A stretch of DNA of 63,707 bases, the filler included, from Octopus bimaculoides (taxonomy: Eukaryota), in assembly GCF_001194135.2 (NCBI RefSeq). It is 6 parts of 6 records of this genome, joined end to end, with 100 filler letters (N's around TTAATTAATTAA, not from the genome) between each part and the next. Parts side by side here need not be neighbours in the genome. Positions count along the whole stretch, not along the records: positions 23,046 to 32,314 come from NC_068991.1; positions 32,415 to 48,576 come from NC_068982.1; 4 more parts are not named here. One strand, 5' to 3'. The first letter of the stretch is position 1. The number at the start of each line of letters is the position of its first letter. The position numbers were made by a program, and so were the translations under genes. Shown one piece after another: positions 24,677 through 39,674 of this stretch. Below the pieces are notes generated by a model. It did no database searches, was not told the origin of the DNA, and worked only from the letters and a program-made list of their open reading frames with translations.

Positions 24677-25022
24677 CGGCGAATCAGATTATCATTAATA
24701 GTGTCAAGTTTTATGCAACGGTATATGAATGCATACACACATTTATACATATACATACACTTATATCCATAAATACATACATACATACAGACAGACAGAC
24801 AGACAAATATACAAACGTACATACATACAGACAAACATACATACGTACATACATACATACATACATACATACATACATACATACATCATATATAAATTTC
24901 TATATGTTTAGGATATAACACAATATTTTAATGATTTTCATATCCGAAAGCGTGACAGAACTCGGGAACAATTTTTTGTATTGTGTCATTCAGCAAGTAA
25001 AGGCATGTGGTTCTCTCCCCGC

Positions 25023-25026
<4 letters not shown>

Positions 25027-25098
<72 letters not shown>

Positions 25099-25110
25099 AT
25101 CTCTCTCTCT
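25027..25110. repeat. (CT)n microsatellite; representative of many (TA)n, (CA)n, (TACA)n, (GATA)n, (TAA)n, (TAG)n tracts across the window
   Basis: Directly visible. Confidence 0.95.
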
Positions 25111-26120
25111 CTGCCCCAGCCCCCCCCTCTCTCCCTTCACATATACATATATTCTCATGCACACTCATATCATGTATATGCATGTGTGTTTTCAAGTGTA
25201 TGGGCGTAGATGCATATTTCTGTAATTATATATATTCACGCATACATACGCACACATACATCATCTGCATAGATACACTTTTAAACATACGTAATTATAC
25301 GCACACATTCCTACACACAAACACATACACATACATACACTCACACACTCTCACACACATATATCACCTATGCATGAACATCCACAAGTCTGAGCGTATT
25401 TATATTTACACGCGTGGTTTCAAGAAAACCGTTCTATTTGTTAGCATAGTTTCTTTCTTTCTTTCTTTATTTTCCCCTTTTCTTTTGATGTAGTTCTGCT
25501 TGTTGTTAGTATTATAAAGAGTTTTTTTCTCTCTCTTCACGAATCTATCACAGAGAAATTCCCAATATTAACATGGTCAACCAATGTCACCCTATATAAG
25601 TATATATACACATATATATATNNNNNNNNNNNNNNNNNNNNNNNNNNNNNNNNNNNNNNNNNNNNNNNNNNNNNNNNNNNNNNNNNNNNNNNNNNNNNNN
25701 NNNNNNNNNNNNNNNNNNNNNNNNNNNNNNNNNNNNNNNNNNNNNNNNNNNNNNNNNNNNNNNNNNNNNNNNNNNNNNNNNNNNNNNNNNNNNNNNNNNN
25801 NNNNNNNNNNNNNNNNNNNNNNNNNNNNNNNNNNNNNNNNNNNNNNNNNNNNNNNNNNNNNNNNNNNNNNNNNNNNNNNNNNNNNNNNNNNNNNNNNNNN
25901 NNNNNNNNNNNNNNNNNNNNNNNNNNNNNNNNNNNNNNNNNNNNNNNNNNNNNNNNNNNNNNNNNNNNNNNNNNNNNNNNNNNNNNNNNNNNNNNNNNNN
26001 NNNNNNNNNNNNNNNNNNNNNNNNNNNNNNNNNNNNNNNNNNNNNNNNNNNNNNNNNNNNNNNNNNNNNNNNNNNNNNNNNNNNNNNNNNNNNNNNNNNN
26101 NNNNNNNNNNNNNNNNNNNN

Positions 26121-26164
<44 letters not shown>

Positions 26165-27220
26165 CGTGTGCGTGCAATGATAAGAGATATACAATTTGCA
26201 GTCGCTTCGAGTGAGATAATGGAAATGTCGGGTTCACACATGTTATTATCCGAGCGTTTCCGCTTCTCGCCAATACTCGGCCGAGAAAATGGCAGCTTAT
26301 ATATATCTATCCACACACACACATATGCACACAAACAAACACACACACACACAAACAAACAAACACACACACACAAACAAACAAACACACACACAAGCAA
26401 ACAAACACTCACACATGCACATATATATACGCATATACACATACTTCATATATACATATATATATATATATATTATATATATATATTTATATATATATTC
26501 ATATACATATATACATAAATACATGCATGTATATATATACATACATTCACTCACACGTATCTGAGGTGAGTGCATATATATTTGTACGCACACCTTTAGA
26601 ACTAGGCCTGAATAGGTAAATACGTATGTATTTATGTGATAGAGAGCAAAGGAGAGAGTGAGTGACAGAGAGAGAGAGAGAGAGAGAAACTAAAGAAGAA
26701 ATGGAGAGACTAAAGAGGAAAGAGAGGGAAAAGGATTGGGTGACAGAATTTACACGTGCATGCAAGCAAGCACAAGTGTGAAGCTTTAACAGATAAATAT
26801 ATTCATACTAATAACAACAACAACAACATCTACAACAAAAATGTCTGATGAACCACTGAAAACAATAACATCTAACCAAAAACAACGTGAACCCTTCTTT
26901 CTTGCCACCCCCACCGCCATCTACGTATATAATTATTTAACGACAAAGAAATCATTTTTATAAAAGTCTTTATATGCCTCGGTCCTAACATATTAAAACT
27001 GATGATGCGTAGAGAAAATTATATAGTGTGCCGTTGTATGTCACATTTCTAATCATATTTTGGGCAGTCACGTGAGAAAATTACCCTCAAGGATTTTCAT
27101 TTTCTCTTAATGTATTTTTCTTTCTTTAGTATTTTTCACATTATGTTAAAGCGCTTCTTGAAGAAGAAAGTGGATGTATGTGTATGGTGAGTGCAGGAGA
27201 GGAGAAAAGTCAGGCTGTAT

Positions 27221-27271
<51 letters not shown>

Positions 27272-27407
27272 GCATATAGGTATCTCTCTGTGTCTCTCTC
27301 TGTCTCTCTCAGTATATGTATATTTGTATGAGTGTGTGTATGCGTATACACATATATGTATATATGTATCTATGCATCTTCGACTATATATATATATCTA
27401 TGCGTAT

Positions 27408-27454
<47 letters not shown>

Positions 27455-27987
27455 NNNNNNNNNNNNNNNNNNNNNNNNNNNNNNNNNNNNNNNNNNNNNN
27501 NNNNNNNNNNNNNNNNNNNNNNNNNNNNNNNNNNNNNNNNNNNNNNNNNNNNNNNNNNNNNNNNNNNNNNNNNNNNNNNNNNNNNNNNNNNNNNNNNNNN
27601 NNNNNNNNNNNNNNNNNNNNNNNNNNNNNNNNNNNNNNNNNNNNNNNNNNNNNNNNNNNNNNNNNNNNNNNNNNNNNNNNNNNNNNNNNNNNNNNNNNNN
27701 NNNNNNNNNNNNNNNNNNNNNNNNNNNNNNNNNNNNNNNNNNNNNNNNNNNNNNNNNNNNNNNNNNNNNNNNNNNNNNNNNNNNNNNNNNNNNNNNNNNN
27801 NNNNNNNNNNNNNNNNNNNNNNNNNNNNNNNNNNNNNNNNNNNNNNNNNNNNNNNNNNNNNNNNNNNNNNNNNNNNNNNNNNNNNNNNNNNNNNNNNNNN
27901 NNNNNNNNNNNNNNNNNNNNNNNNNNNNNNNNNNNNNNNNNNNNNNNNNNNNNNNNNNNNNNNNNNNNNNNNNNNNNNNNNNNNNNN

Positions 27988-28020
<33 letters not shown>

Positions 28021-28232
28021 GTATAAATATATCCATCCATCCACACACACATACACATATACATATATATCCACTTGTAGGCGAAATCCGAAGGACTAAG
28101 AAAATTGCAGCCGGGTGAATCACCGAATTTTCCGTATAAAAAATATTGTAAAAAGTGTACGAAATACACATTTGTTAAGCACATACAGATGAACAACACA
28201 AACATACGCACATACTTACATACATGTCCATA

Positions 28233-28266
<34 letters not shown>

Positions 28267-28666
28267 CACACCCGCACATACGCACGCACACACACGCACC
28301 CCCCCACACACACATGCACACATATATATATCTAAATATATATATATACACGAACGGGCTTCTATCAGTTTCTGTCTACCATTGACAAGGATTTGGTCGG
28401 TTCATGAACATAAGAGAAGACATTCTCCCAAAGTACAATTCAGTGGGGCTGAATCCTTTCACTCATGCGCTCCTACATACATATATATGCATTTACAAAG
28501 GCAACGACCAATCTTAAAAACAATTGGATCTTACTCACAAGGTATTGGAATCTTATATGTATACCATTTTGCCTAAACAATGGATTCACAAATACAATAT
28601 CTGTACATTCACTCTCTATTTCCTATCTTAACTAAACTAACGATTGCTTAGTCATCCTTTCACACC

Positions 28667-28716
28667 GACTTCGATGAAGGGATATAATAAATATCCTGGA
28701 AACAGCTGTAAGACAT
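28667..28716 (+). ncRNA. Degenerate hammerhead-like motif
   Basis: TCGATGA-AG-GGATAT-ATAATAA-ATATCC-TG-GAAAC-AGCT-GTA. Stem II and palindromic ACAGCTGT are intact, but the core reads TCGATGA and stem I is poor. Confidence 0.45.
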
Positions 28717-29249
28717 TCTAGTTATAAATGTTCTATATCATACACAGCCTTGGTCTTTTATCTCATTACGAAAAGTAAATCCTTATATATATATATAACA
28801 CAGTAATAGACTAAAGCCTCCACACACATGAAAGAAAAGCGAGAGAATTAACGAGAGAAGTGATATTATAGATGCATTTGAATAATAATAAATGATGTTT
28901 AATGTAAGACTAAATTATTTAATATGCATCATTACCTTCCCTCATATGCTGTAGTATATTTTATATATTTGGAAGTTTAGTAAATAATCGATACCAGGGC
29001 GAAAAAAAATGAAAGTAAATACCGCGTTTAGAACATGCCAATGTAAAATCTGGCTCAGAAATATCATTTAGCATGAATACATGTTGATATGTGTCTTCTC
29101 GATTAGAATTTTCTTTAATAACTGATCTATAGCCTGTAGGACTATAGAAATATCTAGGAAAGGATAATTGGAGAGTAATACAAATATTCGTAAATATCAG
29201 AAAAATAAAATGAGTCTTGTATTTTAGAAGTCAATAATATTGGAAGCAG

Positions 29250-30119
29250 AGCTAAATCTGAAAGTTGAAATATGTGTAATCGAAAGAAATAAGAAAAATA
29301 ATGCAATGTTGAAAATTGTGCTGCAAAATGTCATACACAAAATATGGCAAGAAATTTTTAATATGCGATATTCCCAATATCTGAGAAACAGAACAAATAT
29401 GCAATACAGTAGATAAATATTAAAAAAATATATCAGAAGTGCCTGAGAAGTGTATGACTTGGAGGTGAGGCCAAAAGATCTTTGAATGTCACCAGAAATT
29501 TAACTACAAAATATTTAGTAAACGGGAAGAAATATTTAATCATATTTTAAAGCCTGCCGATTCGTAAGACTAAGGAGAGTGCATATACATTTTTGACACA
29601 GTTAAAGCCTTCATATGCTGGCCATTTTGCCTGCATTATGAAATAACGATGGAAAAGAGGTGGTATAAGCATGCACAGTATTCTTAGAGAATACTGTGAG
29701 ATATACCAATCTATGCAGACGGTTAATGTAAATTTACCAGATATTGTTATTATAGACAGGTAGGAAAGGAAGTATCTCCGAATGGAAGTATCACTCTAAA
29801 CAAAATGTTATGCATATCAAAAATATATACACGGAAATTATCCAGAAATAACAATGTGAAAATAGAGACAAGAATGAAAATATTGGAGAAAAAAATTATA
29901 AATGAAATAAGGAAAAAATCACCAGGAACAGACGTGACTCTAGAATGATTGAAATACATGCTGACACTTACAGAGCTAACATGGTAAGGTTTACAAATAT
30001 ATACAACATAAGAGAAAATGGCACATCTAGATACTGCACGGAGATTACTTAGAATTATTCCAATATTATAGAAAATACAAAATAAACACAGAGATGCGCC
30101 ATGTGCTATGATGATTCCT

Positions 30120-30212
<93 letters not shown>
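29250..30212 (+). mobile_element. Old R4/Dong-like non-LTR retrotransposon 3' region, ending in (TAC)n(TAA)n
   Basis: Fragmentary translation: HYEITMEKRWYKH, NLPDIVIIDR*ERKYLRMEVS (restriction-like endonuclease PD motif), KIETRM, AHLDTARRLLR. The 5' limit is uncertain. Confidence 0.55.
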
Positions 30213-30213
<1 letters not shown>

Positions 30214-30485
30214 CATGATTGCAGAGATAATAATAAAAAAAGCTGGTGAGTTCATCGATTTATTGGAAGTAGTTCTTTACGATGTAGGATATAAATCTCG
30301 AAAAGAAAAGATGTGTTAATTATCATATTACAATATCTGAACTGCTAATAAATAAGTACATAAATAAAAATGATACTTTCGACAGAGTAAATCTCATATA
30401 TTCATACACTCCAATACACATTTCCACAACACACAAATACATGCGTAAAAATTTGTCTATACAGATGTATGTGTGTGTGTGTGTT

Positions 30486-30536
<51 letters not shown>

Positions 30537-30638
30537 ACACACAATTATATGTGTCTATGTATATTTATTTATCAACCTACCTACCTGCCTGCCTCCCTCT
30601 CTCTCTCTGTGTCTATCTATCTATCTATCTATCTACAT

Positions 30639-30678
<40 letters not shown>

Positions 30679-30707
30679 ATACATATCATTGAAATGATGT
30701 GTGTGTT

Positions 30708-30742
<35 letters not shown>

Positions 30743-30752
30743 GTGTGTGTGT

Positions 30753-31030
30753 GGAGGCGCAATGGCTCAGTGGTTAGGGCAGCGGACTCACGGTCAGAGG
30801 ATCGTGTTTTCGATTCCCAGGCTGGGCGCTGTGTTTGCTTATTGAACGAAAACACATATAAGATCCACGAGGCTCCAGCAGGGGGTGGTGGCGAACCCTA
30901 CTGTATTCTTTCGCCCCAAATTTCTCTCACTCTTTCTTCCTGTTTCTTGAGTAACGCTGCGATGGAGAGGCGTCCCGTCCAGCTGGGGGAAAACTGGGCC
31001 CATGAGCCTGGCTAGGCTTTAAAAGGGCGC

Positions 31031-31103
<73 letters not shown>
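30753..31103 (+). mobile_element. tRNA-headed SINE family C with (TAA)n tail
   Basis: GGAGGCGCAATGGCTCAGTGGTTAGGGCAGCGGACT...TTCGATTCCC head; GCTGCGATGGAGAGGCGTCCCGTCCAG (V-domain-like); related to 53846. Confidence 0.75.
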
Positions 31104-31106
<3 letters not shown>

Positions 31107-31711
31107 TATATATATTTACAGACACATACGTATGTATGTGTATGTACTTAAGGCAGAGTCTGTGCATGTCTGACTATATATATATATATATATATATGTG
31201 TTGTGTGCATGTGTTTTTGTATGTGTGCATATGGAAGCATGTGTGCATATGGAAGCATGTATGCATGTGTGTATACCTATCTATGCCTACATATATCTAT
31301 AGCTGTGTATATGACTTCGTATTTCTATTATGTTAAATATGTTTTTTTTTGTTATATATCAAGTTGTCTTCTATTTACTTTCACTTTCAGGCTTTTTTTC
31401 TTTCTGTCTACTTGTTCCTACCCTCTCTTTCTCTCTCCCTTATATACGTATATTGCTATGTGTATTTTTTTATGTATATTTATCAGATTAATTACTTATG
31501 CGCGTGTATGTGTGTGCATGTGTTCTGTATCTTCAATGGAATGGAGCACAGCAGAGGAAGTTGTCGCAGTGAGTCCAACAATTCCTTCAGCAATCTTTAC
31601 AGAATAAACATCTATTAGGGTTCCTGGGTAGGAAATAACTGAGTAAGTCGAATATAGGGCACTGGATAATGAGGTCCCGTCAGAAACAAATATTATTAAA
31701 ACAGTACACAC

Positions 31712-31890
31712 ATAGGCGCAGGCGTGGCTGTGTGGTAAGACGTTTGCTTCCCAGCCACATGGTTCCGGTTTCAGTCTCACTGCGTGGCCCCTTGGGAAAG
31801 TGTCTTCTAATATAGCCTTGGGCCGATCAAAGCCTTGTGAGTGGATTTGGTAGACTGAAATTGAAAGAAGCCAGTCGTATATATATATAT
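31712..31890 (+). mobile_element. SINE family A, 5' half
   Basis: ATAGGCGCAGGCGTGGCTGTGTGGTAAG...GAAAGAAGCCAGTCG(TA)n. Confidence 0.85.
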
Positions 31891-32223
31891 AAAGGATAAA
31901 AATCCAAATTTGCAGCTAGAGACTCAATTAAATTCAATTTATCAAAACTTAAAATTAAATTAGTTTTACAGTATAAAATATATAAATATATAGTTTTAGA
32001 GAAAAGAACCAAAGTTCATGAACTTATCCATGAAAATCCACAGTCACATATAGAAAAATTAATAAGTAAAAGCACAATAAATAAGTATAATATAATACAA
32101 AGTGGTGGTTATTATAGTGGTGGTCGTCGTGAACTTGAGGGCTAAGGAAGTGGAAGAGGAGGAGGATGAGGGCCAGTCGTGATAGCAGCAGCAGAAACAA
32201 CAGCATCAGCAGTTGTGATAATG

Positions 32224-32282
<59 letters not shown>

Positions 32283-32425
32283 GGTGGTGGTGGTGGTAGT
32301 AGTAATGATGGTGGNNNNNNNNNNNNNNNNNNNNNNNNNNNNNNNNNNNNNNNNNNNNTTAATTAATTAANNNNNNNNNNNNNNNNNNNNNNNNNNNNNN
32401 NNNNNNNNNNNNNNACATATATATA

Positions 32426-32604
32426 CTCTTTTACTCTTTTACTTGTTTCCCTCCTGGAGCACCGCCTTTAGTCGATCAAATCGACCCAATGACTTATTCT
32501 TTGTAAGCCAAGTACTTTTTTTTCGGTCGCTTTTACAGAGTCGCTAAGTTACGGGGACTTTAACATACTAACATCGGTTGTGAAGCTATGGTGGCCGGAC
32601 AGAA

Positions 32605-32645
<41 letters not shown>

Positions 32646-32806
32646 CAACGGTCTTGTTTCAGGTTCTGTCTACTAAATCCACTCAAAAGGCTTTGGTCGG
32701 CCTGATGCTAGTAGAAGAAACTCCCCAAGGTGCCACGCAGTGGGACTGAACCCAGAACCATGTGCTTGCTAAACAAACCTTTTATCACACAGCCACACCT
32801 GCGGCT
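32426..32806 (-). mobile_element. SINE family A, full length
   Basis: CTCTTTTACTCTTTTACTTGTTTC...GGTGCCACGCAGTGGGACTGAACCC...CACACAGCCACACCTGCG. Confidence 0.85.
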
Positions 32807-35800
32807 ATATATATGTATATTGCTCAATTGTAAGTTCAACAAGAATCACAAACCCTGAATGAAAAGAAACGGCTATACCGAAACACCGGGGGTCTTGTAT
32901 TTCCCTTGCGCTAAATTATGGGGGTTTAATTAACATACATTCGTCTCAAAGAATGTGCTCTTCAGTGATGAAGTAGTACTATTTATCCAATTCAATTACG
33001 AATCTGTCGGAACATGTTAGTAATATATATGTGTATCATTATCCTCCTATCTCACTGTTCATCGTGTACATGCATGTATGTGTACGTATATGCGCATGTA
33101 TATGTATTTTATGTATCTATCTCTCTAGATTTCTGTCAGCCAGTGCTATCCTCAGAAACTGGAATGGAACTTTCCCTTTTCTATTAAATACACCAACACG
33201 TTTAATTGGCACATTACGAAATTAGTGTACTCTACTCCGTGCTGTCTAGCTAACAATGTAGCCACCATAAGCAATAGTCCGACTCTCCCTCCTCTGTTAA
33301 TAAATCATCTCAATCTGATGTAAACATTCCGTCTCATTAAAAACCTCTCCCTGACAATGACTTAGTAATGATACAATTAATAATACTTAACTTGTTAATG
33401 AACTTAAGTAATATATGCAATTTCAGAGATCAATTACCTAATTAATGACTCCGGGTAATCGGTGCTACATTTAAAATAGAATTTTAAATAAAATTATTCG
33501 ATATATTCTATTAATAACAAATGCTAATTACCTGATACGTTATTAAGGAAATTTATTTGGTATATTAGCGACACAAATTTTAATTATCTTAATTTGTAAT
33601 CAGTTACACCTACCGCAACTTGGTATAAGGTGGAGGTGTATTTATGTGGCATGAAAGTATCAGAAATCCTAACGTGTAAGTCTGTACCTCTTTGTAAATG
33701 TAATGAGTCATTGATTCGTTGTTCACACTAAGAGAAACCTTCATTTAAAAATCCAATTTAGTTATAGAANNNNNNNNNNNNNNNNNNNNNNNNNNNNNNN
33801 NNNNNNNNNNNNNNNNNNNNNNNNNNNNNNNNNNNNNNNNNNNNNNNNNNNNNNNNNNNNNNNNNNNNNNNNNNNNNNNNNNNNNNNNNNNNNNNNNNNN
33901 NNNNNNNNNNNNNNNNNNNNNNNNNNNNNNNNNNNNNNNNNNNNNNNNNNNNNNNNNNNNNNNNNNNNNNNNNNNNNNNNNNNNNNNNNNNNNNNNNNNN
34001 NNNNNNNNNNNNNNNNNNNNNNNNNNNNNNNNNNNNNNNNNNNNNNNNNNNNNNNNNNNNNNNNNNNNNNNNNNNNNNNNNNNNNNNNNNNNNNNNNNNN
34101 NNNNNNNNNNNNNNNNNNNNNNNNNNNNNNNNNNNNNNNNNNNNNNNNNNNNNNNNNNNNNNNNNNNNNNNNNNNNNNNNNNNNNNNNNNNNNNNNNNNN
34201 NNNNNNNNNNNNNNNNNNNNNTATACAATATACAATATAAAATAAAATAAAATAAAAATGGATGGCACCATGAAAGAAAGTATTGAATGTAGATGAAATA
34301 TTGAGTGTTCAATATAAAGGATCAAATATATAAATATATAAATATAAATATATATATATAAAGGCGACTCGAGTTTCAGGGCTATTTCCCTTCGTCATGG
34401 CCGGTATGACAGACTTTAACAGACTGTCTATATATATATATATATATATATACATATACTTACATATGTGTGTCTCTGAGTGTGTGTGTAGTTAAGCTGT
34501 AGGTAAATAAGCACAGTACGAATTTCAAATGAACATTTTTTTTTTTTACTTATTTTCTCACTGGTAACGCAATATTCAATCTCTCATACTTCAGTAAAAA
34601 TACGCCTGAGTTACATTTGGCGAGTCATTGACTTTCAGAGCTTCTTTCGATTCCCAATTTAAATTTCAATCTTCAACGCGACGTTCTTATAGATGTGATT
34701 TTAATAGTAGTTATTTCTTCTTCATATGAAAAGCAGGTTAACTTTCAATAAATAAAATCTTAACGAAATTACATTCTCCACTAGAATATTAATGTCTCTT
34801 ACTCAGTAGTGTATTTCATAATCAATTTGCAACGCTAAGAATCATCATCATTCGTTCATCCAAACTGAGAATTACATCCATAGCGACTTCTCTTTCCAGT
34901 ATTTGCCACTTGGCAGTGAATGTGTTAGTGGTAAAAGATATCGAAACTTGATACAGAATGCGGCCAATTGATAAGATACTTTTCTTCTTATATACATGCA
35001 AACAATGTATCTAGGTGTCTGCAATTGATCAACATCTCTTCTTCCCACTAGATTCAACAATTTCACCAAGACTCGAAAAAGCAATACCATTGGACAGGTG
35101 CATGCAGCCATTGTGTATATGTATCAACAACGTATGACCATCCCTTCTTTCTCTACTAACCGTAACAAATTCACAATCTCTTCAAGAAGTTTTTGCAATA
35201 TTTTATTCAATCAAAGTTGTTGATAAAAACCCGTGCAATGTTTCGGTATCTCAGAGACTAGAGGGAGTAAATAGTACCGTATAATTAATTTGATTATGTG
35301 GCTCGACTAATTACAACTAAGTGAACTCCGTTATTTTCCACAATACCGGATGTATGCGCTAAGATGACCAAATTTTAAATCGTGTTCCACATAATAACTC
35401 ATTGTTTCATATACTCTTTACAAATCCCTCTGAATGTGCAGCAAGAAATGCCTGGTTAGTTATGATGTTCTTATGTGGTCCATATATTATTCTATCAAAC
35501 ATGAGTTTTTAGAGGGAATTCGGACAGACATTGCGAAAGTGGATTACGGAGTTTTTCGATATACTGAATTAGCCAGAACTGAACTTATGAAGTGAAGTTT
35601 AAGAAAACTAAAAAAGTATGGCAGACAATATAGCTTTGAAATCTTTCTTCGAGTGAAAAGCATTCTAACATTTGTGAATAACTTTATAAAGGTCTGGAGG
35701 AGGTGTGGTCTGAAATCTTAGAACATGAGTATTCTTCAAGAGAACGATTCTTCAAACATCACCCAAGCTTATTTTCTTTCTGTTCATGATATATTTAGAA

Positions 35801-36951
35801 TTTTCTTCTTTATCTCATCTAGCACATTTCTAATAATTATTGATTTCTTCCCGCTATGTATTCAATGACTTCTCTAACCTTATTTGTTTTGTCCGTAAGT
35901 AGCCTTTCTTATTATGGCGCCGGTTTGCCTCTTACTGCTTTAAATTTGTTGCCACATATTGAAACTAGCACATGAATGACACGATCAAAATGTGAATAGG
36001 AAACTTAGGAAAATTTTAATAAATAATATGTAGAAATACTAAAAATGGAATGCATTCATATGTTAAAGTGTTTATTGTTCTGCAGAAGATTACTCAGTCA
36101 CTTTATATAATAGCGTTTATGGTTTCGAACAACTTCTTTGAGATATTGTTTACCATGGTAAAAGGTTTCGGAATTATCGACTTTTTTTTTAAACTTTAAA
36201 TTGCCAAAACTCTGCATTATATTTATAAGTTGCAACTATCAGCATGATAATCGCATACAGGCAATTCTATGAATATATAAAAGCTGGATTAATTTAAAGA
36301 CGAACTAAATTGAACTGTAAGAATCTCGTCTATAAACGTTAAAATATATTTCATGCGTAGGTTTTGAGATTAAAGTATATTTAGCACCAAATCAAATCTG
36401 GTTCAGAAAACAGGCTGTCAAAAGTCACCCAGATTGAACAGCTCTTGTACTTTATCATGTACCATGTTGTTCAAGACACACTCCTCTCAGGACTGCATAT
36501 ACTTGGTGTATAGAAGGTATAGCTGAAAGTTCCATGTTCTATAGCAGCCTCATATGTACTCAATTCTTAATTCTGACGATCTATGTATTCTTTTGAGCTC
36601 ACCGTCAATATTTTTTTTCAGTAATTTTCTTCCCAATAAATTGTTTGAGAATAATATTCTATATTGGAAAATAGAACTTATTTAAATTCGTTGAAACATC
36701 AGTACACCGGATACACTATCCTCTTGAAAACATTTTGATCATATATATGAAGTGTATTTCTGCATTATTGCATAAAACTTCTGATGCGTGTTTACAGGCC
36801 CATCAATAAGCTTGTTTCTTTTTCCGCAGAAATGATGACTGCAAATTGATGTGCAATGGAATTCAGAATTCATAATTTCACAATAATTTGTACTTGGCTA
36901 TTAAATATTTGATGATTGACAACTGCCCATTCGATAAAACTCTCTTTCTTT

Positions 36952-37353
36952 CTCTTTTACTCTTTTACTTGTTTCAGTCATTTGACTGCGGCCATGCTGG
37001 AGCACCGCCTTTAGTCGAGCAAATCAACCCTAGGACTTATTCTTTGTAAGCCTGGTACTTATTCTATTGGTCTCTTTTGCCGAACCGCTAAGTTACGGGA
37101 ACGTAAACACACCAGCATCGGTTGTCAAGCGATGTTGGGGGGACAAACACAGACACACAAATACACACACACATATATATACATATATACGACAGGCTTC
37201 TTTCAGTTTCCATCTACCGAATCCACTCACAAGGCTTTGGTCGGCCCGAGACTATGGCAGAAGACACTTTCCCAAGGTGCCACGCAGTGGGACTGAACCC
37301 AGAACCATGTGGTTGGTAAGCAAGCTACTTACCACACAGCCACTCCTGCGCCT
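36952..37353 (-). mobile_element. SINE family A, full length, young
   Basis: Near-consensus reverse complement of 16582-16985. Confidence 0.9.
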
Positions 37354-39149
37354 ATTATTATTATTGTTCACTAGTTTTATTCTTATAACGTGCTTTCACT
37401 TCACTTCTACCAGTTTCTATACATCTTATAGTAATGTTTGAGAAGTATTACAAGAAAAAGAAAAGGGAATAGAAATATCCCTGAAACCGTGAAATACACA
37501 ACCGTAGTTAACCTCTATTCTAGTCCTGCTGTTGCATATTGTTTCATTTCGAGTCATGTTCAGACTGTTTCTTGCTTCATATCCTACTCTAAAAATGTTT
37601 CTAATTTATCACTCTTCAAAAGACAATTATGTGCACGGTTTTGTTTTCTAACATGTAGTTACGCATATCTATATTCGGCATTAACTGCATTGGTGTCAGT
37701 ATTATCTGGGTAGCAGCATAGATGATATTTACTGCTACATTAGCTATAGCGCAATATATAAACATGTTCTTCATAGTAAAAGGTCAATTGCATCTCAGAG
37801 ACAACAATGAAAAACAAGAAAAAAGATTTATCGTCGCAATTTTGAGAATAGTGACATCATGAAATTGTTTTGCATTTATGAGAGTTTCGTGAGGAATAGT
37901 TAGCTTATATAATATGGCCGAAAGTTCTCATGTGCAACGAAACTAATTTGGCAAGTTTTGCTGTAGATTATCTCGAATACATATGACCATGGGAACTGTG
38001 CAAGCTTAACAGGATGCGTTAATATTAAGTCAATCTGAGCAATATACGAAACGAGAAGTTGGTCAATTCATCTCTGTCAATGCAAAATGACTATCAGCAG
38101 CATATCGATTTATAAAGAAACAAAAATATCTATTTCTCTTTATTTATATATTAGGTTATATCTCTTCAAACTAAACAGTCATTTCATTAATCACTTCCAG
38201 TTGTAATATAGAGGCGAATACCAATAATTCTTCACTAAGAAAGAAATATAATGGTAGATGAACGCTTTAGTAACCATCGTTAGAACTACTGCATCATTCT
38301 CGCAATGTGTTCGGTGTCAGATATTTCAATGGAACTGAGTCAACTCAGTGCATTTTGCGATTTGCTTTCTCAAATAATAATATACATTATTGCAATTCCT
38401 CTGCAATAAACTCATCATGTAGATATTAATACATTCCTTAATAACTGCTGATAGATTACCCGGATATAGATAGAAAATATCAATAAAATATTGAATAAAT
38501 TACTTCCCATTCAGATAATACATAAAGCATACATTTTTCTTTGCATTCTGGTGATAAATCTGTATTATTTCCTTAGATTTTAATTTCCTCCTCACATGTT
38601 ATATGTATTTTCATTTTCTTCGAACGTTTTCGTTTTAAATCTTGCTATTCTAGGTTACGTTGTTAACATTTCTGTGGTAGCTAGAACTGTATATGCTATT
38701 ATAGATCATACTGGATAATTTGCCACCTTCGTCGTTGTAGTTGTTGTTTAATGGTAGCATTTCTTTTTATCATTCTGATGGAGTTAATTCTGAGATTGTA
38801 GATTATAGATTTACAGTTAAATCTTGTATGCAAGCAGCAGCTGCCAGTCAAGCTGATAATAGTGATAGAGACAACTATGTTTATACTGGTGAATCTACCG
38901 ATGAGATATTAATAGCTTCAAATATATGCAGAAACAATGAAGTTCGGTAGAAATGGCACTAGTGACTGACACGGAATTAAGTGTTCCTTCAGTTTATAGA
39001 AGTCGGAGGTATTCAAACTCAGAAAGTAAAGAACCGACACAAATATGCCAGCATTTTTCGGTGCTCGACAGATCTTTTCAGTCCACTGCATGTGTTGTGA
39101 CAATAATTTCTAATTTAGTCACAAAGCCAGCAGTTTGGACGTGAAAGAG

Positions 39150-39315
39150 ATTAATCGATTACATCAATTACAAGACTGGTGCTTAATTTGATCGAAGCTG
39201 GTCATATGAAAGGCAAAGTGGACGAGTTAGGGATTTGAACTCAGGACATAAGCAACTGGAAAAATTATCATAAATATTTTTTTCCGACGCTTAAATGATT
39301 CTACCGGCTCACAGT
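39150..39315 (-). mobile_element. Degraded SINE family B
   Basis: ATGAAAGGCAAAGTGGAC...GGATTTGAACTCAGGAC...GATTCTACCGGCTCAC. Confidence 0.6.
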
Positions 39316-39674
39316 CTAAATTTATGGTTTCTATTTAACGGTAATTTCAAATAGTGAATACATCGTAGAATTTCTATCAGGTAACGTAGCAAATATTTTA
39401 ATTAGACATAATGTGGATGGCCCAGTGTGTTTATCTCATGTCCACATTCCAACATTCAGGAAATCACATCTGTCTCTACCCGACAATTTGAATTATCTCT
39501 GCATGTTTAGATGCTATTGAACACCAACTTCATTCAATTTCAATTGCCTACCATTATTAAGAACCTGCTGCTCTCAGTTTATACTCTAAACGTCCAAAGA
39601 AATTCCGTTGTTCTTCGTCTGTAGGGGCAAAGAGAGACACTAACGTGAAGACGCTGTTTTCATTGTTCTTCATA

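Noticed and set aside
26841-26871. Tiny CTGATGA...GAAA hammerhead-like match
   Set aside because: Stems II and III would be 1 bp each; compatible with chance.
30753-30830. tRNA genes (also 16582, 51683, 53846, 58200)
   Set aside because: A/B-box-like heads continue into SINE bodies and I could not fold a complete cloverleaf.
38741-39144. Two adjacent protein-like short ORFs
   Set aside because: Different frames, under 70 aa, no recognisable motif.
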